From positions 1,088,001-1,152,000 of the forward strand of contig CAXXUA010000005.1 in assembly GCA_963663765.2 (NCBI GenBank): a stretch of 64,000 bases of DNA, read 5' to 3'. Position 1 is the first letter of the stretch; each line of letters opens with the position of its first letter. Source of the DNA: Candidatus Poribacteria bacterium. Its GTDB lineage: Bacteria; Poribacteria; WGA-4E; WGA-3G. Positions 9,609 to 21,576 of this stretch are shown here, piece by piece. A program made the position numbers and the translations under genes. Under the pieces are notes generated by a model. The model was given only the letters and a program-made list of their open reading frames with translations. It ran no database searches and was not told where the DNA came from.

Positions 9609-9840
9609 TCTTTAGTCCCGTAGGGACGATATGTTTATAGAAACATATTATCTATCCCTCTTGAGTTCCGTAGGAACGACATAGAAAAATAAACATATCG
9701 TCCCTACCAAATCAACGCCAAATGCGCGTATGGCATTTGTCGGGACTAAAGAACTGGGGAGGGTATTCGTTTTCTATAAACATATCGTCCCTACCAAATC
9801 AACGCCAAATGCGCGTATGGCATTTGTCGGGACTAAAGAG
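9609..9840. repeat. Cluster of gtcccgtagggac-type REPs, two of them interrupted by 34-bp inserts
   Basis: Direct and inverted REP copies; identical inserts at 9708-9741 and 9795-9828. Confidence 0.85.
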
Positions 9841-10473
9841 CGATATTCATTTTTCAATAATCTAAAACTGATGCAGAAAGTTCGGTTAGGAAACCAAACC
9901 TGGGTATTAACTTTCAGTAAATCGCAAGAACAGAATACTCTTAAAACTAAATAACCCTGCTATGATAAAAAAATACTTCAACGAAAACCTGAAGTTATTT
10001 TTATTTATATAATCCTAACAATATCACAGAGCAATGGTAGATCAACACTATATACTCATTCAACTGAAGCACTCAAAAATGGCGAAGGTATTGAATTTAG
10101 GAAGGGCTTTTTAAAATTGTAGAAGCATGAACTTGAAAATCAAAATCATATTGTTTTACTATAGAAATTCCAGGTAGTTTACGAATCATACAGGTCTATA
10201 ACTCAGTTAATTTGGGAATTCTCAACACGTTTGATATAAAATGACACGGAGAACCTTGAAGGTGTAGCATCAAAATTACCGTCTTTCGGTAGATGTAGTT
10301 TCCAATACCTATAATCTTCAGATGGAGGACTAAATGTTGATATTTGTGCTTTAAATTGATGCTCCAAATCTGAGGCAAATTGTTTGAATACCTCTATTTC
10401 AGTTTCTCCTTTTTGTGACCACTCGCAAGTTTCCAGATTGTTTGTCTAAACCATTCTTCATCTTCCATCTTTA

Positions 10474-10618
10474 TATTATAGTAGATTTTAGAATTATTTT
10501 TACACTTTCAGGTGTAGGAGGGAACTCCGATTCCCGACTATCAAGGTGTTCAGTCGCGATTCGGAGATCGCTCCTACAGAAGAAGTGTAAACTTAATTGT
10601 ATATTTCACTATAAATAG
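10474..10618. repeat. MITE-like element with inverted GTAG-REP pair
   Basis: gtaggagggaactccgattcccgac ... gtcgcgattcggagatcgctcctac; the same REP types occur at 48010-48100. Confidence 0.6.
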
Positions 10619-10787
10619 TGAGATTTTGAGTTGTTCAATTGTATAGTCATGGATGTTTTTCATTGTTTTTACCTCATCATAGTTAAGTATCAACTTAGTT
10701 GCACAAGTAAGTATATAAAACCAAAATCCTTGTATAGAGTATCACGTTTTTGGCAGGTTTTGTCAACCCAAATAACAACTGAAGTTA

Positions 10788-12524
10788 CTAATTGCTTCCG
10801 ATCAAACGTTGTGCTTTCATCTTACGTCTACGTTTCGATTTAGGTTTATTCTGTTTTGTTGTTGTAACTTTCTGAATATTATCCTGTGGCTGTGTAATTT
10901 CTTTTTCTGCAAGAACCTTCCTCTGCTGTTCTGCTTCATATTCTGCGTAAGTACCTTCAAAAAACTGTGTGGTTGTTCCCTGTTTGGTCATATCAAAAAT
11001 TAGCAGTTTCGTAGCAAGCCGATTTAAAAGAAAGCGATCATGAGAAATGATAAATAGCGTAGCAGGATAATCAGTAAGTGCATTTTCAAGTGCTTCCCGT
11101 GCTGGAATGTCCAAGTGGTTAGTTGGTTCATCAAGCAGAAACACATTTGCTTTTTGCAACAGCAATTTTGCCAATTGAACACGACTCTGTTCACCACCAC
11201 TCAAGTTACCAACCTGTTTGAATACATCATCTCCTGAAAACAGAAACTTCGCTAAATAACTTCGTATTTCAAACTGTGTATAATCTGGACAGAGTTGCCA
11301 AACTTCATCAAGCACATCGTTTTCAGGATTTAGACCCTCCAACTCTTGATTATAGTAACCGAACTTAAGCGTAGGACCCACCCACAACTCACCTTGAGTC
11401 GCTGTTTCCTGTCCCAAAATCATTCTGAAAAGAGTCGTTTTTCCTGTGCCGTTTGGTCCGATAATTCCGACAACATCCCCACGATTTACTTCAAAACTTA
11501 AGTCCGTGAATAACACCTTCTCACCGAACTGTTTGCTAATATTTTGACATCGTAAAATGTCGTCTCCACCACGCGTTTCCTGCTGGAAATCAAGTTTTAC
11601 CGTAGGTGCATCTGGTTTCGGCTTCTCAACTAACGCTACATTGTCCAATCTTTTTCGCCTTCCTTGTGCTTCTCGAGTGCGCTGACCTGCAATGTTACGA
11701 TCAATAAACTCTTTCTCTTGTGCAAGGAATGCCTGTTGCATCTTATACGCACGACTATCAACGACTTTCTCAATATTCTTGACTTCCAAGTACTTGGAAT
11801 AGTTACCACGATATATGCTTATCTTGTTTGCAGCGAGTTCCCATACCTTTCTAACGACCGTATCTAAGAAATACCTATCGTGAGAAACAACAAGAACAGC
11901 CCCCTTATATTCAGTGTTCAAATAGTTTTCTAACCATTCAATCCCATTGATGTCAAGATGGTTTGTGGGTTCATCAAAGAGTAATAGATCAGGTTCTTCA
12001 AGAAGAAGTTTCGCTAATGTTGCCCTACTTTTTTGACCACCACTCAGGACACGTACAGGCAAATTGAAGTCCTGTTCACTAAAACCTAATCCCCCAAGTA
12101 CACGATTTATACGATGTTCATAATCGTAACCACCAAGCCGCTCATGCATTTCTTGAATACGAGCATATTCCTGCATGAGTTGAGGGTTATCCCTGGTATC
12201 CATCTCCTCAACTAACATCAGCATCTTATCTTCAAGTGCTAACTGTTCCTCAAATACCTTGAGCATTTCCTGACGTAGCGTACAAGCACGTTCTAACTCA
12301 GGTTCTTGGCTTAAATAGCCAATTCGTCGTCCCTTTGCCAAAACGATATCCCCTGTAAAATCTGTTAGGATGCCACACATTATTTTGAGTAAGGTGGTTT
12401 TCCCACATCCGTTACGACCAATTAAACCTATACGGTCTCCTGGAGCAATCGCAATTGAAATATCGTCCAGTATTATGTCTGGATCATAACGTTTTGTGAT
12501 GTTACTTAAGGTTACTAAAGACAT
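10788..12524 (-). CDS. ABC-F family ATP-binding protein (Uup/YheS-like)
   Basis: Two ABC domains (GRNGCGKTT, LSGGQ, DEPTNHLD; GPNGTGKTT, LSGGE) and no TM segments. The real start is probably ATG 12524 because the longer ORF runs into the inserted element. Confidence 0.95.
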   Translation of the reverse strand: MSLVTLSNITKRYDPDIILDDISIAIAPGDRIGLIGRNGCGKTTLLKIMCGILTDFTGDIVLAKGRRIGYLSQEPELERACTLRQEMLKVFEEQLALEDKMLMLVEEMDTRDNPQLMQEYARIQEMHERLGGYDYEHRINRVLGGLGFSEQDFNLPVRVLSGGQKSRATLAKLLLEEPDLLLFDEPTNHLDINGIEWLENYLNTEYKGAVLVVSHDRYFLDTVVRKVWELAANKISIYRGNYSKYLEVKNIEKVVDSRAYKMQQAFLAQEKEFIDRNIAGQRTREAQGRRKRLDNVALVEKPKPDAPTVKLDFQQETRGGDDILRCQNISKQFGEKVLFTDLSFEVNRGDVVGIIGPNGTGKTTLFRMILGQETATQGELWVGPTLKFGYYNQELEGLNPENDVLDEVWQLCPDYTQFEIRSYLAKFLFSGDDVFKQVGNLSGGEQSRVQLAKLLLQKANVFLLDEPTNHLDIPAREALENALTDYPATLFIISHDRFLLNRLATKLLIFDMTKQGTTTQFFEGTYAEYEAEQQRKVLAEKEITQPQDNIQKVTTTKQNKPKSKRRRKMKAQRLIGSN

Positions 12525-12561
12525 TTTTTGTAGGTTAAAATTACTATAGTTTGGATATTTT

Positions 12562-12808
12562 TCATCTTGTAGAAGTTGATTATTCAACAGAACGTCTATT
12601 TTTCTACGAGTTTCGTATATTTATGAAACTGGAGAAAATGCTGCACTCCAGCGGAGTGCTATGTTTATAGAAAACGGACTATCCATATTCTTCCGCTCCA
12701 GCGGAGTGCTGTGTGCGACTGCAACATACCGCTCCGCTGGAGCGGAAGAATGTAACTATGTGCATGCTATAAACATACCGCTCCGCTGGAGCGAAAGATT
12801 AAGCATTC
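12562..12808 (+). repeat. Repeat block A (gctccagcggag REP hairpins), left copy
   Basis: Near-identical direct copy at about 24230-24474. Confidence 0.9.
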
Positions 12809-12821
12809 AAACTATATTATA

Positions 12822-13170
12822 CTATAGTTTCCTTGTTTTCGTCCAAACATTTCGGGATCCAGTTGATCAATGAGAGGTTATCAATCCCAGTCCCTATCTG
12901 ATTTCAAAAGGGATCGAAAGGTCTTAAATTACGATACCCTACCTTTGAAACCCTCATCATAATTGGGCACCAGCATTTTCAAGGCATCTTTGGTGTCGGA
13001 AAAAGCGATAAAAATCTTAGTTTTTGTTTCTTTTTTCTTTGAAAGGTCCGTCCAAGTTCTGTGCTACCTTTTGAGGTGTTATTTTCTCAATGCGGGTATG
13101 GGTTTGTGTGCGCTCATAGTTGGTATGGTTTTCCACATTCATAGGACAAAAACAAGGTAGTTTGGACAGT
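12822..13170 (+). repeat. Repeat block B (~350-bp MITE with ccttgttttcgtcc / ggacaaaaacaagg inverted ends), left copy
   Basis: Near-identical direct copy at about 23878-24224. Confidence 0.9.
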
Positions 13171-14038
13171 TTTCGTGTTTTCGTTTGTAAATGTTTTTTA
13201 CACCTTTCGCACCGCAGGTGCTGCCAATATTGACAAAAGAATTCTTTTTCTATGAGTTTCAGACAGTGTTGTAACTCAACGAAAATATATCAGAGATCAA
13301 AGTGGCAGTCCCAGAGGGATGGAATGTGTATAGATCATTACCAGTCCCACTCCAAGCCTCAGAGGGTCGAAATGTGTTTTAGCACGAGATTCAAAATGAA
13401 AATGAAAAGCATCGCGCCTAAAAAAACTGTCCAAACTCACGATAGAAAAGATATTTGAATACCGTTCACAAACACTGCAGGAATTGCTGAACTAAACCAG
13501 TAGCGTAATCAGAATCAAATACACAAATTTGTCCAATCTTATCTGCCATCTCCAAACAATTTCAGCATATTTCACGATTTTTTGTCTAAATTCCACAAAA
13601 TATTCTATTTTTCTCAAAATTAACTTGATTTTTTTTGCATAAGATAATATAATCATATAAAGTCAGATTTATATTATAAACTATGCAATAATATACTTAA
13701 TGATATTATATGGTTATGATTAGGTGGCATTGTAATCCATCAAAAACAAAGATTTGCAGTCAGTCAGTTAATATATTCTTAATGTTATATAGATTATCTA
13801 TGTGTTGCATGATTTCTAACTTAAGATTTACATTGTTGACAATTTTTGGTTAAGGAAATTTATTTACAGAGAAAATCAACTATCATCAACTAAAGAAACA
13901 TCACTATTGTCTTTGCGAGTGTTACTGTCTTGTTTGGTATTCAAGTGAATGGGCACAAGACAGAATCCCCCTAATCATCCAGTAAATTATTAGAGATTAC
14001 ATCCCATATATGGATACAACAAATAAAGGAGAACGGAT

Positions 14039-14632
14039 ATGATGACATAGATAAGAGACTTTTGGCGCTCCTTTGTACTCGGTGTATTCGGTGGACTCGT
14101 GTTGCTCTACATCGGACTCTTTATTTATAATGGACTGACCCAGAGCAAAACACCAGAAGTACTAGATGACGGCACCCACAACACCACAAAACCACCTCCA
14201 CCCGGTGCAGCACCTGGCGGACACTGGCACGGAGACGAATGGCACGATACACCTCACGACACAACGCCAAAAATCAAACGCGCGCGTACCAAGACAAATA
14301 CCCGCCAAAACCTTGTGTTGAAGAACAGTGGTCCTCCGCTTCCCATCACTTGTGCCATTTTACCACACCCCACACCCCTGCCAACACATCTTCAGGCACG
14401 TCTCAACCGGATATATCAGGAAATGATTATCGCAGGTACCCGGTATGAGGTGGTGGGTGGCGAAAACGTTATCACAGTGGAAGCCTATGAAAGAGAATAT
14501 GAGGTTCTCGTTGGCGATATGTTACCAGAGGACGCTGTAGTCTTCCTTGAAACACACGGAATCTATAATCCTCTCATTTTAGACAAGAAAGGGAAAATGC
14601 GTCTGTCCTGTCTTTATCTGTCTTGTCTTTAA
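14039..14632 (+). pseudogene. Degraded membrane-anchored 'GHWHGDEWH' motif protein
   Basis: RBS and ATG at 14039 are followed by an in-frame TAG at codon 4; the frame then continues through a TM segment and PPPPG..GGHWHGDEWH and ends abruptly just before the WD40 gene. Confidence 0.6.
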
Positions 14633-14647
14633 AAGGAGAACACTATA

Positions 14648-16580
14648 ATGAAATCCAAATTATTTTTAATTTTAGTCGTTTTGTTTACGATGCTTACATT
14701 TATACCCAACACCTTTGCCCAAAATTCACCACACTGGCATCTACCCGAAGGAGCCGTCCTGCGGCTTGGTAAAAGCGTAATTTACAATATTGAATATTCT
14801 CCGGATGGCACGCGTTTTGCGGTGTCTAGTGCTCTCGGCATTTGGCTCTACGACGCACAAACGGGTGAGGAACTTGACCTACTCACAGGACAAAAGGGCA
14901 TCATCTTGTGGGATGATGCGGACACAGGACAACACCTTCGCCCCGCCACACACATTCTGGAGATCGCAGAGCCTGGAAGGGACACTACTGTCGCGTTAAG
15001 TCCGGATGGAAAAACAATCGCAAGTAGCAGTGAAGATGATTTGGAAAATGGTAGATACACTATCCATCTGTGGGATGTGGACACAGGAAAACTCATCCGC
15101 ACCATTAGACAGGATCAGGACACGGGTCGCCCACTACCTATTCGATTCCTAGAATTTAGCCCGGATGGCAAAAAACTCGCAAGCTTCTATCACTGGCACA
15201 GCATCTTCATGGGGTACATTCTGTGGGACGTGGACACAGGCAAAAGAACAATTCTCAGGGCACCGCATAGTATAACGCATGTGATATATGGGAGTGTAAC
15301 ATTCAGTCCAGATAGCAAAACAGTCGCAAGCGAGTATCCATATTCGGACATCTATATCTGGGATACGAACACAGGAAAAATTCTCCACACGCTCACAGGG
15401 CGTACGGGTAGTACGGTCGATAGCGTCGAATTTAGCCCGGATGGCAAAAAAATCGCAAGCGGCGATTCCGATGGCACCCTCAAATTTTGGGACGCAGAAA
15501 CGGGCGAACATATCCGCACAATCAGAGGGCATAGGAGAGATGTCAATAGCGTTGCGTTCAGCCCAGATGGAAAAAAAATCGCAAGCAGCAGTAATGACGG
15601 CACCCTCAAATTTTGGGACGCAGAAACGGGAGAACATATCCGCACAATCAGAGGGCATACAATTTTTATTGAGAGTATCGCATTCAGTCCGGATGGAAAA
15701 AAAATCGCAAGCGGCGGTTACGACGAAAACATCAGCTTGTGGGACGCAGACACAGGAGAACTGCTCCACACCCTCACTGGGCATACGGGTTCCGTCGATA
15801 GCGTTGCGTTCAGCCCAGATGGAAAAAAAATCGCAAGCGGCAGTGGGGACGACACCATCCGCTTGTGGAACGCACACACGGGCGAACATCTCCGCACAAT
15901 CAGAGGGTATACGAGATATGTCAATAGCGTTGCGTTCAGCCCAGATGGAAAAAAAATCGCAAGCGGCAGTGGGGACGATACCATCCGCTTGTGGAACGCA
16001 GACACGGGCGAGCAGCTCCGCACACTCATTGGACATACGAGTTCTGTCTATAGCGTTGCGTTCAGCCCAGATGGAAAAAAAAATCGCAAGCGGCAGTCGG
16101 GACGATACCATCCGCTTGTGGAACGCAGACACGGGCGAGCAGCTCCACACCCTCACTGGGTATACGAATGATGTCTATAGCGTTGCGTTCAGCCCAGATG
16201 GAAAAAAAATCGCAAGTGGCAGTGGGGACATCCGTTTGCGGGACGGTACCGTCCGCTTGTGGGACGCAGACACAGGACAACATCTCCGCACAATCACGGG
16301 GCATACGGATAATGTCAATAGCGTTGCGTTCAGCCCAGATGGAGAAAAAATCGCAAGCGGAAGTTGGGATGGCACGGTGCTTTTGTGGGATATTACACCT
16401 TTACCACTGACTGAAGATGTAAACATGGACGGTGTTGTCAATATTCAGGATTTGGTGATTGTGGCAAATGCGTTTGGCGAAGCGGCACCGGATCTCAACG
16501 GTGATGGGATTGTAAATATTCAGGACTTGGTCATTGTTGCACAAGCATTTGGGAATACGGTTGCTGCCACTGAAGAATAG
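14648..16580 (+). pseudogene. Secreted WD40-dockerin protein 1, frameshifted at an A9 tract
   Basis: ORFs 14648-16171 and the 3' part of 15441-16580 join if A9 at 16075-16083 is A8 as in sister repeats; body nearly identical to 21577-23640. Confidence 0.85.
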
Positions 16581-16804
16581 AAGCTAAATATATAATCAGT
16601 CCCTACAACAGCACCGTGTAGGTAAGGTAGTGCTTGCGTAACCTATAAACGTAAATTTATTAGAGCGTATCTCATAAATCCAATTATTGGATTGTCCTCT
16701 ATCGTTAATATTGTAAGGGCGGGGTTTCCCCGCCCGTTGTATCTAAAATATTTATTTATGAGATAGGGTCTACTACGTTCAAATAAGCAAAGGAAACCAC
16801 TCTT

Positions 16805-18964
16805 ATGAAACCCAAATTATTTTTGATTTTAGTCGTTTTGTTTACGATGCTTACATTTATACCCAACACCTTTGCCCAAAGTTCACCACACTGGCATCTA
16901 CCCGAAGGATCCGTCCTGCGGCTTGGTAAAGGCAGAGTAACGGATATAGCATATTCTCCGGATGGCACGCGTTTGGCAGTGGCAAGTCCTGTCGGAATTT
17001 GGATTTACGACGCAGAAACTGATGAAGAACTTGACCTACTCAGAGGAGAAACAGAACCATTCTACTATTCATCCGTTGCGTTCAGCCCGGATGGGACGAA
17101 AATTGTAGGCGGAGGTTCGAGGTCTAACATTGATATGTGGGATGCAGACACAGGAAAACTCATCCGCACTATCACACACTTTCCGAATCCCACAGCACCT
17201 GGAAGTACGATACTTAGCGTTGCGTTCAGTCCGGATGGCAAAAAAATCGTAAGTTGTAGTAAGACGCCGTTGTATTTAGCATTTAATGAAAGACGCGCAT
17301 ACGCTATCCGTCTGTGGGATGCAGACACAGGAAAACTCATCCGCACCTTTGGGCAGCATCAGTATAATGTCTCATACATCGCGTTCAGCCCGGACGGAAA
17401 AACAATCCTCAGTGGCGCTACTGGATTTCTTGAGCAAGACATCATCGTTCTATGGGATGTGGACACAGGCACACAACTCTTCACAATCTCAACGTATGAT
17501 GCTGCCTTCCCTGTGTCTGATTTGAGCCCTCGTGTAAAATTCAGTTCGGATGGCAAAAAAATCGCAAGTGGGGATATTAACGTTTATATATGGGATGTAA
17601 ACACAAGACAACGCCGCATGCTATCAGGACATACGAAATATGTGAGGAGTCTCGCGTTCAGCCCAGATAACAACATCATCTCAAGTGGCAATGACGATGG
17701 TACCATCCGCTTGTGGGACACAGACACGGGAGAACCTCTCCGCACTCTCATTGGACATTTAGGGACTGTTTCGGGAATCGTGTTCAGCCCGGATGGAAAA
17801 ATAATCATAAGCCGCAGTTATGACGGCACCCTTAGATTCTGGGATGTGGACACGGGACAACAGATCCGGATGATCACAGACCATGCAAATTCTATCAAGA
17901 GTATCGCATTCAGCCCAGATGGAAAAAAAATCGCAAGTGGAGGTCATGATAGGTCCATCCGTCTGTGGGATACAGACACAGGAAAACTTATCCGTATGCT
18001 CACTGGGCATGCAAGTGGTGTCCTCACCGTTGTGTTCAGCCCAGATGGAAAAAAAATCGCAAGCGGCAGTTTTGATAACACCCTACGCTTGTGGGACGCA
18101 GAAACGGGACAACATCTTCGTACGTTCACAGAGCATGTAGGTGATATCGATAGTGTTGCGTTCAACCCAGATGGAAAAATAATCGCAAGTGGCAGCAGTT
18201 CCGGCACCTTCCGCTTGTGGGAAACAGAAACGGGACAACACATCCGCACTCTAACAGGAAATACGGGAGGACATACGGGGCGTATCTATAGTGTTGCGTT
18301 CAACCCAGATGGAAAAATAATCGCAAGTGGGGTAAGTGTTCCGGATTTCTCCATTCGCTTGTGGGTAGCAGAAACAGGAAAACACATCCACACCCTCACA
18401 GGGCATACTAGTACTGTCAGAAGCGTTGCGTTCAGCCCGGATGGAAAAAAAATCCTAAGTGGTAGTTGGGACAGAACGCTTCGTTTGTGGGACGCAGAAA
18501 CGACAGAACATCTCCGCACTCTAACAGGACATACGGGGCCTGTCTATAGTGTTGCGTTCAACCCAGATGGAAAAACAATCGCAAGTGGCAGCAGCGACGG
18601 CACCCTCCGCTTATGGGATACAGAAACGGGACAACATCTTCGTACGTTCACAGGGCATGCAGGTGATAGCGATGGCTTAACGCACATCGGCGTTGATATC
18701 TATAACGTTGCGTTCAGCCCAGATGGAGAAAAAATCGCAAGTGGCAGGGGTGATGGCACGGTGCTTTTGTGGGACTTTGCCTCTTTACCCCTGACTGAAG
18801 ATGTAAACATGGACGGTGTTGTCAATATTCAGGATTTGGTGATTGTGGCAAATGCGTTTGGCGAAGCGGCACCGGATCTCAACGGTGATGGGATTGTAAA
18901 TATTCAGGACTTGGTCATTGTTGCACAAGCATTTGGGAATACGGTTGCTGCCACTGAAGAATAG
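16805..18964 (+). CDS. Secreted WD40 beta-propeller protein 2 with C-terminal dockerin-like domain
   Basis: Signal peptide (TFA-Q), many WD40 repeats, 'DVNMDGVVNIQDLV..DLNGDGIVNIQDLV'. Confidence 0.92.
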   Translation: MKPKLFLILVVLFTMLTFIPNTFAQSSPHWHLPEGSVLRLGKGRVTDIAYSPDGTRLAVASPVGIWIYDAETDEELDLLRGETEPFYYSSVAFSPDGTKIVGGGSRSNIDMWDADTGKLIRTITHFPNPTAPGSTILSVAFSPDGKKIVSCSKTPLYLAFNERRAYAIRLWDADTGKLIRTFGQHQYNVSYIAFSPDGKTILSGATGFLEQDIIVLWDVDTGTQLFTISTYDAAFPVSDLSPRVKFSSDGKKIASGDINVYIWDVNTRQRRMLSGHTKYVRSLAFSPDNNIISSGNDDGTIRLWDTDTGEPLRTLIGHLGTVSGIVFSPDGKIIISRSYDGTLRFWDVDTGQQIRMITDHANSIKSIAFSPDGKKIASGGHDRSIRLWDTDTGKLIRMLTGHASGVLTVVFSPDGKKIASGSFDNTLRLWDAETGQHLRTFTEHVGDIDSVAFNPDGKIIASGSSSGTFRLWETETGQHIRTLTGNTGGHTGRIYSVAFNPDGKIIASGVSVPDFSIRLWVAETGKHIHTLTGHTSTVRSVAFSPDGKKILSGSWDRTLRLWDAETTEHLRTLTGHTGPVYSVAFNPDGKTIASGSSDGTLRLWDTETGQHLRTFTGHAGDSDGLTHIGVDIYNVAFSPDGEKIASGRGDGTVLLWDFASLPLTEDVNMDGVVNIQDLVIVANAFGEAAPDLNGDGIVNIQDLVIVAQAFGNTVAATEE

Positions 18965-19235
18965 AAGCTAAATATATAATCAGTCCCTACAACAGCACCG
19001 TGTAGGTAAGGTAGTGCTTGCGTAACCTATAAACGTAAATTTATTAGAGCGTATCTCATAAATCCAATTGTTGGATTGTCCTCTATCGTTATTATCGTAG
19101 GGGCGGGGTTTCCCCGCCCGTTGTATCTAAAATATTTATTATCGTAGGGGCGGGGTTTCCCCGCCCGTTGTATCTAAAATATTTATTTATTAGATAGGGG
19201 CTACTACGTTCAAATAAGCAAAGGAGACCACTCTA

Positions 19236-21323
19236 ATGAAAATTTATTCATTTTTGTTTATAATCATTCTGGTTGTGTCACTTGCATTAACACTAAATTC
19301 CTATTCCCAAAGTTCATCGAACTGGCATCTACCCGAAGGAGCCGTCCTGCGGCTTGGTAAAGGCAGAGTAACGGATATAGCATATTCTCCGGATGGCACG
19401 CTTTTGGCAGTGGCAAGTCCTGTCGGAATTTGGATCTATGACGCAGAAACTGATGAAGAACTTGACCTGCTCATAGGACAAACAGGAACATCCTACTATT
19501 CATGCGTTACGTTCAGCCCGGATGGAACGAAAATTGTAGGCGGAGGCACGAGGTCTATCGATATGTGGAACACAGACACAAAACAACACATCCGCACCAT
19601 CTCACACATTCCGAATCTCACGGAGCCTGGGGGCACGGTATATAGCGTTGCATTCAGTCCGGATGGCAAAATCATTGCAAGTTCAGGGTTGCACGGCGAT
19701 CCAAGTAGATACGGACTCGCACACGCTATCCGTCTGTGGGATGTGGACACAGGACAACTCATCCGTACACTCATTGGGGTGCGTCTGAATTATCTCACAA
19801 TCTTAGACCTTGTATTCAGTCCGGACGGCAAAAAAATCGCAGGTCGCACTGGAAGAACCGACACTCCGCACGTCATTCTGTGGGATTTGGACACAGGCAC
19901 AGAAACCTATCTGTATTGGCAGTCCTTCTTTGTAGCATTCAGTCCAGATGGAAAAAAAATCGCAGGTGGCTATGGGCCCATTTTTATATGGAATATGGAC
20001 ACAGCACAACGCCGCTTGCTCTCAGGGAATTACGGTATGATCAATAGCGTAGCGTTTAGTCCGGATGGAAAAATAATCGCAGGTGCCAGTTATGATAAAA
20101 CCATCCGGTTGTGGGACGCAGATACGGAAGAACACATCCGCACCCTCACAGGACATAGGAGTTCTGTCCGTAGCGTTGCGTTCAGCCCAGATGGAAAAAA
20201 AATCGTGACCCACAGTTTATACGGCGAAATCAAGTTTTGGAATGTGAACACGGGACAACTTCTCCGGACAATTGCTGGCCATTCACCTATTATTCAGAGT
20301 ATCGCATTCAGCCTAGATGGTAATGTCATCGCAAGTGGCGGTGGCGACGAAACTATTCGCTTGTGGAAGACAGAAACAGGAGAACACATCCACACCCTAA
20401 CAGGACATACGGCGGGTGTCACCAGCGTCGCGTTCAGTCCAGATGAGAAAATAATCGCAAGCGGCAGTTATGATAACACCATCCGTTTGTGGGACGCAGA
20501 CACAGGAGAACACCTCCACACCCTCACTGGGCATACAAATGATGTTTATAGCGTTGCGTTCAGCCCAGATGGAAAAAAAATCGCAAGCGGCGGTTGGGAC
20601 AAAAACATCAGCTTGTGGAACGCAGACACGGGCGAGCAGCTCCGCACACTCACTGGGCATACGAGTTCTGTCTATAGCGTTGCGTTCAGCCCAGATGGAA
20701 AAAAAATCGTAAGTGGGGAAAGCTTTCCGGATTACACCATTCGCTTGTGGGACGCAGAAACGGGAGAACCACTTCGCACTTCCCTCACGGGGCATAGGAG
20801 TACTGTCTATAGTGTTGCGTTCAACCCAGATGGAAAAAAAATCGTAAGTAGTAGTCGGGACAAGACTATCTGCTTGTGGGACGCAGAAACGATAGAACAT
20901 CTCCGCACTCTAAAAGGACATACGAGGCCTGTCTATAGTGTTGCGTTCAACCCAGATGGAAAAAAAATCGTAAGTGGCAGCTGGGACGGCACCGTTCGAG
21001 TGTGGGATACAGTAACGGGACAACAGCTCCGCATGTTCACGGGGCATAGGAGTTATGTGGAAAGTGTTGCGTTCAGCCCAGATGGAGAAAAAATCGCAAG
21101 TGGCAGCGGTGATGGCACGGTGCTATTGTGGGATTTTGCCTCTTTACCCCTGACTGAAGATGTCAATTCAGATGGTGTAGTGAATATTTTGGATTTGGTT
21201 GCTGTTGCGAACGCTTTTGGAGAAGCGGCACCGGATCTCAACGGCGATGGGATTGTCAACATTTTAGACTTGGTGATTGTTGCACAAGCATTTGGGAATA
21301 CGGTTGCTGTCACTGATGAATAG
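19236..21323 (+). CDS. Secreted WD40 beta-propeller protein 3 with C-terminal dockerin-like domain
   Basis: Signal peptide, WD40 repeats, duplicated dockerin Ca-binding motif. Confidence 0.92.
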   Translation: MKIYSFLFIIILVVSLALTLNSYSQSSSNWHLPEGAVLRLGKGRVTDIAYSPDGTLLAVASPVGIWIYDAETDEELDLLIGQTGTSYYSCVTFSPDGTKIVGGGTRSIDMWNTDTKQHIRTISHIPNLTEPGGTVYSVAFSPDGKIIASSGLHGDPSRYGLAHAIRLWDVDTGQLIRTLIGVRLNYLTILDLVFSPDGKKIAGRTGRTDTPHVILWDLDTGTETYLYWQSFFVAFSPDGKKIAGGYGPIFIWNMDTAQRRLLSGNYGMINSVAFSPDGKIIAGASYDKTIRLWDADTEEHIRTLTGHRSSVRSVAFSPDGKKIVTHSLYGEIKFWNVNTGQLLRTIAGHSPIIQSIAFSLDGNVIASGGGDETIRLWKTETGEHIHTLTGHTAGVTSVAFSPDEKIIASGSYDNTIRLWDADTGEHLHTLTGHTNDVYSVAFSPDGKKIASGGWDKNISLWNADTGEQLRTLTGHTSSVYSVAFSPDGKKIVSGESFPDYTIRLWDAETGEPLRTSLTGHRSTVYSVAFNPDGKKIVSSSRDKTICLWDAETIEHLRTLKGHTRPVYSVAFNPDGKKIVSGSWDGTVRVWDTVTGQQLRMFTGHRSYVESVAFSPDGEKIASGSGDGTVLLWDFASLPLTEDVNSDGVVNILDLVAVANAFGEAAPDLNGDGIVNILDLVIVAQAFGNTVAVTDE

Positions 21324-21576
21324 CACGTTTGATGCCACACGAAAAGTTAGTGTGGTTTCCCGACAAATACCATACACGGATTTAGCGGGAAACCGCACTT
21401 GATGTGTCATTTAACGTGCAGGATATTTGTGACACATTCTTTAGATTGTTTGGATAGATAACATCAAAAACACAAACTACGTGATTCGCATGTACCGTGT
21501 CATCCGCGCATCAATCAATACGAGATGTGTAATGCAATTTCTTTGCTTACTATTATTCAAAAGGAGAAAATGCACC

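Noticed and set aside
10000-10470. Gene remnant on the minus strand
   Set aside because: Short broken frames with no recognisable family; not enough support to call.
12525-13460. N-terminal extension of ABC-F and small ORFs 12661-12873, 12963-13160, 13252-13458
   Set aside because: They lie inside MITE/REP blocks and have no recognisable protein features.
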